In this document: positions 1 to 9,405 of the stretch, in pieces | Position numbering within the stretch: the first letter of the stretch is position 1 | How the letters are laid out: every line of letters starts with the position of its first letter | Origin: Longimicrobiales bacterium | GTDB taxonomy: Bacteria; Gemmatimonadota; Gemmatimonadetes; Longimicrobiales; Gaopeijiaceae | DNA length: 64,000 nucleotides | Direction of reading: 5' to 3' | Assembly: GCA_963422615.1 (NCBI GenBank) | Contig: OY730414.1 | Coordinates: forward strand, 1,720,302 to 1,784,301 | Made by a program: the position numbers and the translations under genes | Notes under the pieces: generated by a model | What the model saw: the letters and a program-made list of their open reading frames with translations, nothing else | Told to the model about the DNA's origin: nothing | Database searches by the model: none

Positions 1-384
1 GGACGTTGTCGATTGTCACGGCCCTGAATTCGACGAAGCGAACCTGGAGGCAACCCCGGGGTTCCTCCCTTCGCGCCAAATGCCCGCGCCTTCAGCGCGT
101 ATGGATTCGAACCGGATTACGTGCTCCAGCTGGATCGGATCGTTTGCGAGATGACGATATGACCGCGTACGCTGAGCTCGGCCCGGAGTCCGGTTCGGGT
201 TGAGCCACAGACGGGTACGCATCCTTCCCAAAGCCTTTCCCTTCTGGCCATCCGCGGTCTGGCTGCCCTAAGTTTGGAATCGTTGGCACAGAGGGCTCAA
301 CGAGATATCGTAGTTAGCTGTCCTTGTAGGCTGAAAGCGTGAAGCTTCCCACTACGATCCCTGAAAAACGAATGTGACTCGCCC

Positions 385-2691
385 ATGACCCGGGAGCACT
401 CTTCCCTTACCCTTAGCGTTATTAGGGGCCTTCTTCTCGCAATGGCCCTCCTGGCCTCCGTGCTATTGCCGCCTTCTCCCGAGGCCCGGGCCCAGAACGC
501 CCCCCCGGAAGCCAGCTCCAACGGCGAAGCCGCGTCTACAGAAGCCAGTACCGCCATCGCGGCGCGAACCGGCAATCCCCCTGTGATCGACGGCGTGCTC
601 GACGAGCCGGCTTGGCTGGCCGCCCAGCCGCTGACGGACTTCGTGCAGCGGGAGCCTGCCGACGGCCAACCCGCATCGGAGCGCACCGAACTACGGATCC
701 TCTTCGACGCAGACGCGGTGTACGTGGCCGCCTGGGCCTACGATTCCCAGGCCAAGGAAATCGTGCCTGGCGAGTCCATCCGGGACTACGAGGTCACCGA
801 CGCCGACGCCATCCTGATGGTCTTCGACACCTACAACGACCAACAGAACGGCTTCGTCTTCGGCACCACTCCGGCAGGGATCGAGTATGACGGACAGGTG
901 GCTGCGCAGGGAAGCGGGGGTGGCTTCTTCCTGGGCGGGGGCGGGAACAACCAGAGGCGGTTCCAGGCCGGCGCCGGCGGAGGCTTCAACAAGAACTGGG
1001 ATGGCAGTTGGACCGTCGCCACGTCCCGGGACGGCGAAGGCTGGTACGCCGAGTTCCGCATCCCCTTCAGCACCCTTCGGTACGGCTCGGAAACAGACAC
1101 CTGGGGCTTCAACGTCTCCCGTCGTATCCGTCGCCTGAACGAAGAAGACTTCTGGTCCGCCGTGCCCCGGGAATTCGGTCTCTATCGCCTAGACTTTGCT
1201 GGGCAGCTGGCCGGTGTGGTGCCCCCCTTCCGGCGGGCTGCAACGGTCACCCCCTACATCCTGGGCTCCTCCGTTCGAGATTATGAGGATCCTGGTCAGA
1301 CGTCTTTCGGACGAGACGCGGAGTTTGGCGGCGAAGCCAAGGTGCAGGTCACGCAGGGACTGACCTTGGACGTGACCGCGAACACGGACTTCGCCCAGGT
1401 GGAGGTGGACGACCAGCAGGTCAACCTGACCCGGTTCTCGCTTCTTTTTCCGGAAAAGCGTCCCTTCTTCTTGGAGAACGCGGGGTTCTTCACCGTCGGG
1501 TCCGGGGGCGCCGATCTCTTCTTCAGCCGCCGCATCGGTATCTCGGGGGGGCACCCGGTTCCCATCAAGGGTGGAGGCCGTCTATCTGGCCGATTGGTGG
1601 GGCTGAACGTGGGGTTGCTGCACATCCGGACCGACGGCGCCGACTTGGGGAGCCCCGAGAACGATTACTCCGTCGCCCGAATAGCCAAGGAGCTGCCGAA
1701 CCGCTCCCGCCTGGGGGCCCTTTTCGTGAACCGGGGGAGCAACTTTGCCGGGGACTACAACCGCACCTATGCGGTGGACGGGCGCCTGGGGATCGGTGAT
1801 CAGATCACGGTGACTTCTTTTGTGGCCCAAACCGAAACTCCCGATCTGGAAGGGGCCGACCACGCTTGGGACCTGACGGCGGGGTGGAGCAGCCGGAGCT
1901 GGCGGGCCAATGCTCAAGTCCGGGAGATCGGAGAGCACTTCAACCCGGAAGTGGGCTTTCTGCCCCGGGACGGTCACCGTTACTACCAAGTGTTTGGAAT
2001 GCGGAACATTCGTCCCCAACGCTTCTTCCGGGAGATCCGGCCCCATATCTCCTACTACACGTACAGGAGCAACCGGGAGGGCGTGACAAGCGGCTTCCAG
2101 GAGTCATCCCGCTGGCACATCGACAGCCACTGGGAGTGGCCCTCCGGCATGGAGTTGCACACCGGCGCCAACTACGTGACGGAAGGCCTCTACGAATCCT
2201 TCGAGATTCCGGGAACCGAAGTCATGGTCCCAGAAGGGACCTACAGCGGTTGGGAGTCCCAGGTTGTCTTCTTCACAGACCGCTCCCGGATCCTGTCTCT
2301 GAACTCCCGCTTCAACTGGGGCGGCTTCCTATCGGGGAACAAGAAAACAACCAGCGCCGACGTCACCATCCGCCGGGGCACCCGGTCCAGCGCAACGCTG
2401 CGCGTCGCGTACAACGACGTGAACCTTCCCCAGGGCGATTTCACGACAACCCTGGCCGGAGTCAACCTGGGCTACTTCTTCACGCCCAGGATCTACCTCC
2501 AGTCCCTGGTTCAGTACTCCGACCAGATCGACACCTGGTCGGCCAACGTCCGCTTCGGATGGCTGAACACGGCTGGAACCGGTCTGTTCATCGTCTACAA
2601 CGAGGTGCAGGGCATCGGGGACCTGACGGGGCCACTGGGCCGCTCGGTCTTCCTGAAGTTCACCCGCCAGATGAACGTCTTCGGGGGATAA
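385..2691 (+). CDS. DUF5916-type outer-membrane protein with N-terminal CBM9-like domain
   Basis: 768 aa ORF with signal peptide. PVIDGVLDEPAW...TELRILFDADAVYV matches a CBM9-like domain; NTDFAQVEVD...FPEKRPFFLE and FFSRRIG are typical of DUF5916; the C-terminus is rich in beta strands. Confidence 0.8.
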   Translation: MTREHSSLTLSVIRGLLLAMALLASVLLPPSPEARAQNAPPEASSNGEAASTEASTAIAARTGNPPVIDGVLDEPAWLAAQPLTDFVQREPADGQPASERTELRILFDADAVYVAAWAYDSQAKEIVPGESIRDYEVTDADAILMVFDTYNDQQNGFVFGTTPAGIEYDGQVAAQGSGGGFFLGGGGNNQRRFQAGAGGGFNKNWDGSWTVATSRDGEGWYAEFRIPFSTLRYGSETDTWGFNVSRRIRRLNEEDFWSAVPREFGLYRLDFAGQLAGVVPPFRRAATVTPYILGSSVRDYEDPGQTSFGRDAEFGGEAKVQVTQGLTLDVTANTDFAQVEVDDQQVNLTRFSLLFPEKRPFFLENAGFFTVGSGGADLFFSRRIGISGGHPVPIKGGGRLSGRLVGLNVGLLHIRTDGADLGSPENDYSVARIAKELPNRSRLGALFVNRGSNFAGDYNRTYAVDGRLGIGDQITVTSFVAQTETPDLEGADHAWDLTAGWSSRSWRANAQVREIGEHFNPEVGFLPRDGHRYYQVFGMRNIRPQRFFREIRPHISYYTYRSNREGVTSGFQESSRWHIDSHWEWPSGMELHTGANYVTEGLYESFEIPGTEVMVPEGTYSGWESQVVFFTDRSRILSLNSRFNWGGFLSGNKKTTSADVTIRRGTRSSATLRVAYNDVNLPQGDFTTTLAGVNLGYFFTPRIYLQSLVQYSDQIDTWSANVRFGWLNTAGTGLFIVYNEVQGIGDLTGPLGRSVFLKFTRQMNVFGG

Positions 2692-2700
2692 CGAGCGTCC

Positions 2701-3831
2701 ATGGAACCAACCCCTGATCTTCCCCGGTACCGGGCCCGATTGCTCGTCAGTGTTCTCTTGGCTGGACTGTTTATTACGGCGCTGGTCTGGAGTGCGCTGA
2801 ACGGGTTTCGGGTCCGCCCGGGTGGGTCCGTTCAGAACGGTGAAGCCACTGGGGTTGCCGTGCCCCAAGCGGAAGCTCCCCCAGGGACCCCGGTCTACAC
2901 AGATGTGCTGTCGGTCTATGACGCCGACTTCCGGGCTGGCCAGTGGTTTGTGCTGGATCGTCGCCAAGACCGGGTCCACCGATTCGATGCCGGCGGAAGA
3001 AGTATCGGTTCGTTCGGTCGGTCGGGAAGCGGCCCCGGTGAGTTCAGGGCTCCCGAAGCGCTTGCCGTTCACGGCGATACGCTCGTGGTCGCGGAGCTCA
3101 ACGGCCAAGTTCACTGGTTCGACCCGAAGGGTGGCTACATCGAGTCTCGAAGGGTAAGGGTGAACGGCTGCCCGGCTTTCGGCTTGTTCGACGTTGAGTC
3201 GTCCCCTGCAGGCGTTCTCTATCTAGGCGTGTGTCCCCTCGCGGGCACGCAAGGAGCTCGGGTGCTCCAAGAGGCTCGGGTGCTCTTGGAAATGCCGCCC
3301 GGCTCCTTTCGAACCCTTGCGGTATATCGCTACGAACAGGGAGGAGGGAGAGCACTGAGTTTTTCCTTCCAACCGGTGCTGAGCCCTCATCCCCGGGGCT
3401 TTGTCTTCGGCTCTGCGGGCGAAGACTGCCTGCAGCTTTTCAACCTCCAGGGGCTGCTGTTGGATTCTCTCTGCCACCGATGGATCGAAAAGTTGCCGTT
3501 GCCGGAAAACTGGCGGGAAACGCGTGAAGAGATGGAGCAACACGCCAAGCGAGCCGGCCTGGGCGTGGAAGCGCTGGATGCTCAGCTGCCATTCTATGAC
3601 ATCTTCGTAACCGAGAATGGGCGCTTGGTCTATGTGTCTCCGGCACCGGAAGGCGACGGAATGCGACGTCTTCTCGTCCGTGAAGACGTCGCCAGTGCGG
3701 TTCGTGCAGTCGAGCTGGAGGTCGCGGCGGCACCCTTCGTCGCTGTTGGCGAGAGTACCGTCTTGGCCGCATGGGAAGATCTAGAAGGCATGAGGATTGC
3801 CGTGTACCCTTGGTCTCTTTCGGAGAACTAA
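2701..3831 (+). CDS. 6-bladed beta-propeller (NHL-like) protein with N-terminal membrane anchor
   Basis: N-terminal TM segment and VHRFDAGGRSIGSFGRSGSGPGEFRAP (NHL-type G-x-GPGEF motif). Confidence 0.7.
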   Translation: MEPTPDLPRYRARLLVSVLLAGLFITALVWSALNGFRVRPGGSVQNGEATGVAVPQAEAPPGTPVYTDVLSVYDADFRAGQWFVLDRRQDRVHRFDAGGRSIGSFGRSGSGPGEFRAPEALAVHGDTLVVAELNGQVHWFDPKGGYIESRRVRVNGCPAFGLFDVESSPAGVLYLGVCPLAGTQGARVLQEARVLLEMPPGSFRTLAVYRYEQGGGRALSFSFQPVLSPHPRGFVFGSAGEDCLQLFNLQGLLLDSLCHRWIEKLPLPENWRETREEMEQHAKRAGLGVEALDAQLPFYDIFVTENGRLVYVSPAPEGDGMRRLLVREDVASAVRAVELEVAAAPFVAVGESTVLAAWEDLEGMRIAVYPWSLSEN

Positions 3832-3832
3832 C

Positions 3833-4585
3833 GTGACGACGACGGTGGGTACGAAGGGGGAAGAAGTCTCGATTTGCGACTTGCGGGTTTCCTATCGCAC
3901 TCGGTTTCGCCGCCACGCCGTACTGAAGGGAGCCGAACTCACGGCGCATCCAGGTGAGGTAACGGCCATCGTCGGTGCCAACGGGGCGGGGAAGACCACC
4001 TTGTTTCGCGCCTTGCTCGGCTTCTTGACCCCGAATCACGGATACTGCTCGGTCAGCGGCCTGTCTTCCGACCAGTACCGTCAGAAGTATGGCATTGGAT
4101 ACCTTCCCGAATCCTGCGTCTTTCCGCGGAAGTGGTCGGCCCGGGATCTGCTGGCGCGGGGCGCGGATCTCGCCGTGGCACCTTCGGATCGCCCGGGTGC
4201 GTACGCGGCCGCCGTTGCGAGAACCGGTTTCGACCGCGCCACCCTTTCCAAGCCGGCCCGCCTGTGCTCCAAGGGCAACAAGCGGCGTCTCGTCCTGGCC
4301 TACGCCCTCCTCGGCGACCCCGGCCTCGTCGTCCTTGACGAACCGTTTTCAGGGCTTGATCCCCCTTCCCGCTCGGCGCTCCGAAAGGAAATCCACGCAA
4401 TGAAATCCCGGTCTGCGACGGTATTGCTTGCCAGTCACAACCTTGACGAAGTCGGTCGGCTGGCGGACCGAGTGTTCATTCTGAAAGCGGGTCGGACACG
4501 TCTCGTTGAGGCAACGACCAAGGGGAAGCCTACACCATACCTCGACCTTGAAGCCGCGCTGTTGCCCGAAGGAGATGCCCCATGA
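3833..4585 (+). CDS. ABC transporter ATP-binding protein
   Basis: Walker A GANGAGKTT, signature CSKGNKRR, Walker B VVLDEP, H-loop ASH. GTG at 3833 lies right after the upstream stop. Confidence 0.9.
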   Translation: MTTTVGTKGEEVSICDLRVSYRTRFRRHAVLKGAELTAHPGEVTAIVGANGAGKTTLFRALLGFLTPNHGYCSVSGLSSDQYRQKYGIGYLPESCVFPRKWSARDLLARGADLAVAPSDRPGAYAAAVARTGFDRATLSKPARLCSKGNKRRLVLAYALLGDPGLVVLDEPFSGLDPPSRSALRKEIHAMKSRSATVLLASHNLDEVGRLADRVFILKAGRTRLVEATTKGKPTPYLDLEAALLPEGDAP

Positions 4586-5343
4586 CCCACCACCGGGCAC
4601 TCTTTCCGGTTTGGGCCCGCATTCCGGTCCTGATTTCGGAGCGGGCCGGTGCGCTCCTCGTCGTGACGGCCGCGCTGGGGATCACTTTTTGGGGGATCCC
4701 TCTCTTTGTCGGGAGAGTTCCCAATAAAGAAAGCATCGAAGTCAGTGTTTTGTTTTCGGGCTTCGGGTATGCCATCCTCTTCGCGTCGAGAGTGGTGTGC
4801 GGGGATCTGGTTTCTGGCCCGTCCCAGCTCTGGTTGCAGAAGCCCGTTCGCCCTGTCCCCTTCTACCTGCGCAGGTTCGCGGAAGCGCTTGCCGCGGCCA
4901 CGGCTCTGACTGCGGGCTTGGCCCTTGCCGTTCGCGCGTCCGGTGCGCTGGCCGGGTGGCCCGCCACCGGATTGTTCATTCCCCTTCAGTCAATCTTTCC
5001 GTTTTTTGCAGCTGCCTGCGTTGCGTTTGGACTCTCCCCTTGGCTGTTTCGCGGCGCCGGGCTGGTGGCGGCAGCCATCGTGCTCACAGGGGGCACTATG
5101 AACGATAATCTATCCGTTCAAGTCGACGCTTTCGGTTCCATGACGCCGCTTGTGCAAGCCCTGATGTTCCCGCTGGGAACGGGTAAGCTTTCCGGCTACT
5201 TGGCCGGGGAGACTTCGGTTTTCCCCTGGGGTTACCTTGTGCAGGCAATCGTGTACTCGGTGGCTTGGATCGCCATCGGGGCCGCCGGGACGTGGCGAGT
5301 CACGACCAAGAAGGGCTTGATCCCTCCCTTTCAGTCAAACTGA
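4582..5343 (+). CDS. multi-pass membrane protein, probable ABC-2-type permease
   Basis: About 6 hydrophobic segments; ATGA overlap with the ATPase gene. Confidence 0.6.
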   Translation: MTHHRALFPVWARIPVLISERAGALLVVTAALGITFWGIPLFVGRVPNKESIEVSVLFSGFGYAILFASRVVCGDLVSGPSQLWLQKPVRPVPFYLRRFAEALAAATALTAGLALAVRASGALAGWPATGLFIPLQSIFPFFAAACVAFGLSPWLFRGAGLVAAAIVLTGGTMNDNLSVQVDAFGSMTPLVQALMFPLGTGKLSGYLAGETSVFPWGYLVQAIVYSVAWIAIGAAGTWRVTTKKGLIPPFQSN

Positions 5344-5424
5344 ACACGACGCCTAGAGACGGAAATCTCCTTGGCCCCCGGCACTGCGTACTTTTCGTTG
5401 GGGGGGGGATGGGTAGGTAGGGAA

Positions 5425-6012
5425 CTAACCCGACCCTTCGTCCTCCGTGTTCGCCGCCTGAAAAGCCTCCGCAAAGTCGGCCAGCCGGTCGCGGAGTACG
5501 GCGTTCATGGCGTCCGCCGTTGCTCCTGCGTCGGTGACACCCACGGAGGTTGTGAACCAAGTGACCGCTTCGGACAGGGTGATCTGGGTGTCCCGGATCA
5601 TCTGGGTCGCCTGCTGGACCCGAACCGAAACGGCGTAGCCCACCATCCCGGCAACCCCGCCGCCGCACTGGAAGGTGATCCTTAGCTCCGGGAGACCGGA
5701 GCTCCCCAGCATCTCCCGCTCCGTGAGCAGCGGAACCCCGGCTTCGCCTAGAATTTCTTCCGAATCGGCCCGGATGGATTCCGCGGACACCCCGGCCCCG
5801 TCGCACCCTTCGTTGGTCTCCGCGCGGAGGTGGACCCCGCCCAGTCCGTCCAGGGTGTACCGGTTCCACTCCGTGTCTTGGGCCGCCCCGGACCCGGGAG
5901 CCAGGAGCAGCGCCATCCCGGCCGCGAGATGGGCTCCGACCGACACGGCGGGGCGACCTGCTGACTGTCGCTGGCGCGACCTTGCCCTTGGTGAGACGCG
6001 ACGTCGTGTCAT
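5425..6012 (-). CDS. hypothetical exported protein
   Basis: Signal-like LAAGMALLLAPGSGAAQ; starts 3 nt after the ankyrin gene stop on the same strand. Confidence 0.65.
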   Translation of the reverse strand: MTRRRVSPRARSRQRQSAGRPAVSVGAHLAAGMALLLAPGSGAAQDTEWNRYTLDGLGGVHLRAETNEGCDGAGVSAESIRADSEEILGEAGVPLLTEREMLGSSGLPELRITFQCGGGVAGMVGYAVSVRVQQATQMIRDTQITLSEAVTWFTTSVGVTDAGATADAMNAVLRDRLADFAEAFQAANTEDEGSG

Positions 6013-6015
6013 TTT

Positions 6016-7926
6016 CTACCGACTGCCTCCGCAGGACCTGCACTCGTGGTTGTTTCGGGAGCCCAGCTTCTCCAAGAGCACGGCGGTCGCGGGAAGAGGC
6101 TGGGCCCGCTGTTCGGGACTGTTGGCCAAGTCCGCCGTGGTCTGGCCCCTGCGGCTGATGGCGAAGATGTCTGCGCCCTGTTCCACGAGGTAGAGGATCG
6201 TCTCGTTGTCGCCCCGGGCGGCGGCGTGGTGGATGGCGTTGTATCCGTCCTTATCCCGCAGGTTCGGATCAACCCCCAGCTCCTCGACCAGGTAGCGAAT
6301 GGCCGGGAGCCATCCATCGGGCACGCTCCGGTGTTGCTGCGCCACCCGGGAGGTCCCGAACCCGACCCCGGCCGCCGCATGGAGAGGGTGAACCGCCGGC
6401 CCACCCACCGGAACCGGCGCCAGCCCCGATGGGTCGGCGGGCGTATCGTCGGGGCGGGTGTCGGGGAAGTTCGGATCGAAGAAGCGGCGACGATCGGGCA
6501 ACTTGATCGTCCAGATGTTCGGATCGGCCCCGTATTCCACCAGGAGACGCATGGCCCGGACATCGGCGGCGTAGGCGGCCCGCCAAAAAGGCGTCGCGCC
6601 GGTGAAGTCCACCCCCATGCGTCCGGCGTTGTAGGCCGCGTACCAGATGTGGGTGGTCGTCCGCTGATTCGGATCGGCACCCGCCTCCAGAAGAAGCTTC
6701 ATGAGGTCCATGTAGCTCGTTTCCTGCTGGCGAAACGCCTGGGGTTGGGGATACCAAGTCCGCAGGGACCATTCGATGTTCAGCGTGGCGAAGAGAGGAC
6801 CGGCCCCGTCGTCGCTGACCACGTTGGGATCGGCGCCCCGCTCCAGGAGGTCCCTTGCCATGTCGTAGTTGCCATTGATGACGGCCACGAGCATGGGGCT
6901 GGAGTGATCGCCCGCCGTGACTTGGTCAACGTCGGCGCCCGCGTCCGCCAGTAGCGCGGCGGTGCTCCGGTGGCCCTCTCGGGCTGCGTAGTGAAGGGCC
7001 GTGAAGCCCCCCTGCTTCCCGATCTGTTGGGCGGAGGTCAAGGCCTTTACCGGGGGAGTTGGAGGGGGAGTGGGCTCTGGACCCTGCGTGCCTGGCTCCG
7101 CATTTGCAGCGGCCGCGGGCGGGGGGTTGTTGCCCGGCTGGGGTGCTCCCGAAGGGGGCTCGGCGCCGGGAGCCTCGGGCTCTTCTTCTTCCGGTTCCGG
7201 TTCCTCGGCGGCTGCCCGGATCCGTGCCCGGGTTCGCCGCTCGTCTCGAAAGCGCTGATCCAGGATTTCGTAGTCCTTGACCGCCGTGGTGAGGGATGGA
7301 TCGGCGCCCGCGGCGATCAGAGCCCCAAGGGCCGCATCCGCCTCCCGGACAGCGGCGAACATGAGGGGCGTGCGCTTGGCGAAACCGTCTCTTGCGTCAA
7401 CGTCTCCCCCCCGGGCGGCCAAGGCTTCCACCACTTGGGCCGCATCGGCATCGGCTGCGAAATGTATGGCCGTGACCCCCGTCGTGGTGAACCGGTTCGG
7501 ATCTGCTCCCGCCTCCAGAAGGACGCCGGCCACTTCCGAATGACCTGCCCGGCTTGCCAGGTGGAGCGGCGTGTAGCCGCCAAGGCGCGTCGCGACTCGC
7601 ACCGAAGCGCCCGCGTAAAGGAGCGTGCGGGCGATTTCGACGTCGTTGTTGCTTGCGGCCCAGTGAAGCGCGGTCATGCCGTCACTCTGGGCGGCATTGA
7701 CATCGGCACCCTTCCGGAGAAGCGCACGGACCGATTCCAGGTCACCCCGCTCCGCGGCGTCCGCCACCGGGGCATCGGCAGACGCCATCGCGTCGGGGGC
7801 CGACCCTGGGGCGCAGACGGGCCGCTCACACCCCCGGGTGTCCTCGGCGGGCTTGGCCCCCATAACAGTGAGGGCTCCGGTCAGAGCCACGAAGGGCAAC
7901 ACGGCCCCGAATCGTCTTTTCAGCAT
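6016..7926 (-). CDS. exported ankyrin-repeat protein
   Basis: Repeated G-x-T-A/P-L-H-x-AA ankyrin units (DGMTALHWAA, GGYTPLHLAS, GGFTALHYAA, DGYNAIHHAA), a signal peptide and C-terminal CRSC. Confidence 0.9.
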   Translation of the reverse strand: MLKRRFGAVLPFVALTGALTVMGAKPAEDTRGCERPVCAPGSAPDAMASADAPVADAAERGDLESVRALLRKGADVNAAQSDGMTALHWAASNNDVEIARTLLYAGASVRVATRLGGYTPLHLASRAGHSEVAGVLLEAGADPNRFTTTGVTAIHFAADADAAQVVEALAARGGDVDARDGFAKRTPLMFAAVREADAALGALIAAGADPSLTTAVKDYEILDQRFRDERRTRARIRAAAEEPEPEEEEPEAPGAEPPSGAPQPGNNPPPAAAANAEPGTQGPEPTPPPTPPVKALTSAQQIGKQGGFTALHYAAREGHRSTAALLADAGADVDQVTAGDHSSPMLVAVINGNYDMARDLLERGADPNVVSDDGAGPLFATLNIEWSLRTWYPQPQAFRQQETSYMDLMKLLLEAGADPNQRTTTHIWYAAYNAGRMGVDFTGATPFWRAAYAADVRAMRLLVEYGADPNIWTIKLPDRRRFFDPNFPDTRPDDTPADPSGLAPVPVGGPAVHPLHAAAGVGFGTSRVAQQHRSVPDGWLPAIRYLVEELGVDPNLRDKDGYNAIHHAAARGDNETILYLVEQGADIFAISRRGQTTADLANSPEQRAQPLPATAVLLEKLGSRNNHECRSCGGSR

Positions 7927-7989
7927 TTCTTCCCCCTTAGCTTCTCTTGCGCTGGCCGACGGATCAGACGTTTGTCCGGATTTCCCCCA

Positions 7990-9378
7990 CTAGAACGCCA
8001 ACACGCCGGTGCTGTTTCCGAAGCGCTCAATGTCGTCGGCTCCCAGCTTGTGCAACATGTGCAACATGGCGTTTGCCATAGGTGTGCCTGTCTGGGCCCG
8101 GATATGCTGTCCGCCTTCAAGCGCCCCGTTTGCGCCTCCCACCAGGAACAGGGGGCAACGGGTGTGGTTGTGCAGGTTGCTGTCGGCCATGGCCGAGCCG
8201 TACACGATCATCGTCTTGTCCAAGAGGGTGCCATCTCCCTCCGTGGCGCTCTTCAGCTTCTCGAGGAAGTAGGGAACCATGGAGATGTGGTATTCGTTGA
8301 TCCGGGCGAACTGCTTTACCCTGTCCTCCCGACCGCCGTGGTGGGACGCCGCGTGGAAGGGGGTGTCAACACCGGACTCAGGGTAGACTCTGGGGGAGGC
8401 ATCCCGGCCCAGCTTCAAGGAGAACACCCGGGTCGTGTCCGATCGGAAGGCCAGAACCTGGAGGTCAAACATGAGCTTCACGTGTTCCTCGAAAGAATCG
8501 GGCACGCCGACCGGAGCCTCCGGAATCTGGCGCTCCTCTCCGCTGGAGTTTTGGGCCTCAATCCGTTGGATGCGCTGCTCCAGCTCCCTGATGTTCTGGG
8601 CGTATTGATCCAAGCGGTGCACATCGTCGGGGTGCAGCTCCCTGCGCAACGACGACATTTCCCCCATGACCCAGTCCAGAATGCTGCGATCCGTTGTGAG
8701 GCGCTCCGCCCGCTGCTCCGGGGTGCCGCCGGCTCCGAAAAGCTGCTCGAAAACGGCCCGGGGATCCCGAATCATCGGCAGGGGTTGGGTGGGAGAGGCC
8801 CAGCTGATGGTGTCGGTGTAGACGCAAGCGTACCCGTAGGCGCAACCCCCGGCTTGGTCTACGTTCTCGATGGAAAGCTGCAGGGAGGGAATCGGCGTGT
8901 CATTGCCGAAGCGCTGCACGTACATCTGGTCAAGGGAAGTACCGACTCGAACATCGGACCCCTCGGTCTGTTTCGGGTGCGACTGCGTCAAAAATACCGC
9001 ACTTGTGCGGAAGTGATCTCCCCCGATCTCGCTGGGCGCGTAGGCGTCGGCCATGCGAGCGTCGGTGTCGCTGATGATCGTGAGATAGTCCCGGAACGGC
9101 TCCAGGGGCTTCAGGCTGCTGGGTGAGAGATCGAAATCACGTCCCGTTTCGGCGGGCGCCCAAAGGTTCTTCGACGCGCCCCAATCGTTGCACCCCGCAG
9201 CGCCGTGGACTTGTTCGATGCAGACCAGGCGGGTGCGCGCCGCGGCTTTGCCATTGGGCGTACGCGCCCAAAGTCGACCTGCCGGCACCATGGCATCCAT
9301 GAGGGGCAGGCCGATGGCGGCCCCCGCTCCCTTGAGCATCGTGCGTCTTGAAATGTGCTTTCCGGTGATGATTTTCAT
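7990..9378 (-). CDS. DUF1552 family protein with Tat-like signal
   Basis: SRRTMLKGAG twin-arginine motif, LPLMDAM, GGCAYGYACVYTDTISW, DPRAVFEQLFG, FHAASHH, GTLLDKTMIVYGS, NLHNH. Confidence 0.85.
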   Translation of the reverse strand: MKIITGKHISRRTMLKGAGAAIGLPLMDAMVPAGRLWARTPNGKAAARTRLVCIEQVHGAAGCNDWGASKNLWAPAETGRDFDLSPSSLKPLEPFRDYLTIISDTDARMADAYAPSEIGGDHFRTSAVFLTQSHPKQTEGSDVRVGTSLDQMYVQRFGNDTPIPSLQLSIENVDQAGGCAYGYACVYTDTISWASPTQPLPMIRDPRAVFEQLFGAGGTPEQRAERLTTDRSILDWVMGEMSSLRRELHPDDVHRLDQYAQNIRELEQRIQRIEAQNSSGEERQIPEAPVGVPDSFEEHVKLMFDLQVLAFRSDTTRVFSLKLGRDASPRVYPESGVDTPFHAASHHGGREDRVKQFARINEYHISMVPYFLEKLKSATEGDGTLLDKTMIVYGSAMADSNLHNHTRCPLFLVGGANGALEGGQHIRAQTGTPMANAMLHMLHKLGADDIERFGNSTGVLAF

Positions 9379-9405
9379 CGGTGGACCTCTTTTGTGTGGG
9401 CGTCT

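Noticed and set aside
1..384. Short ORFs at the window start
   Set aside because: No recognisable motif in any frame. It may be a gene end or remnant, but I cannot support a call.
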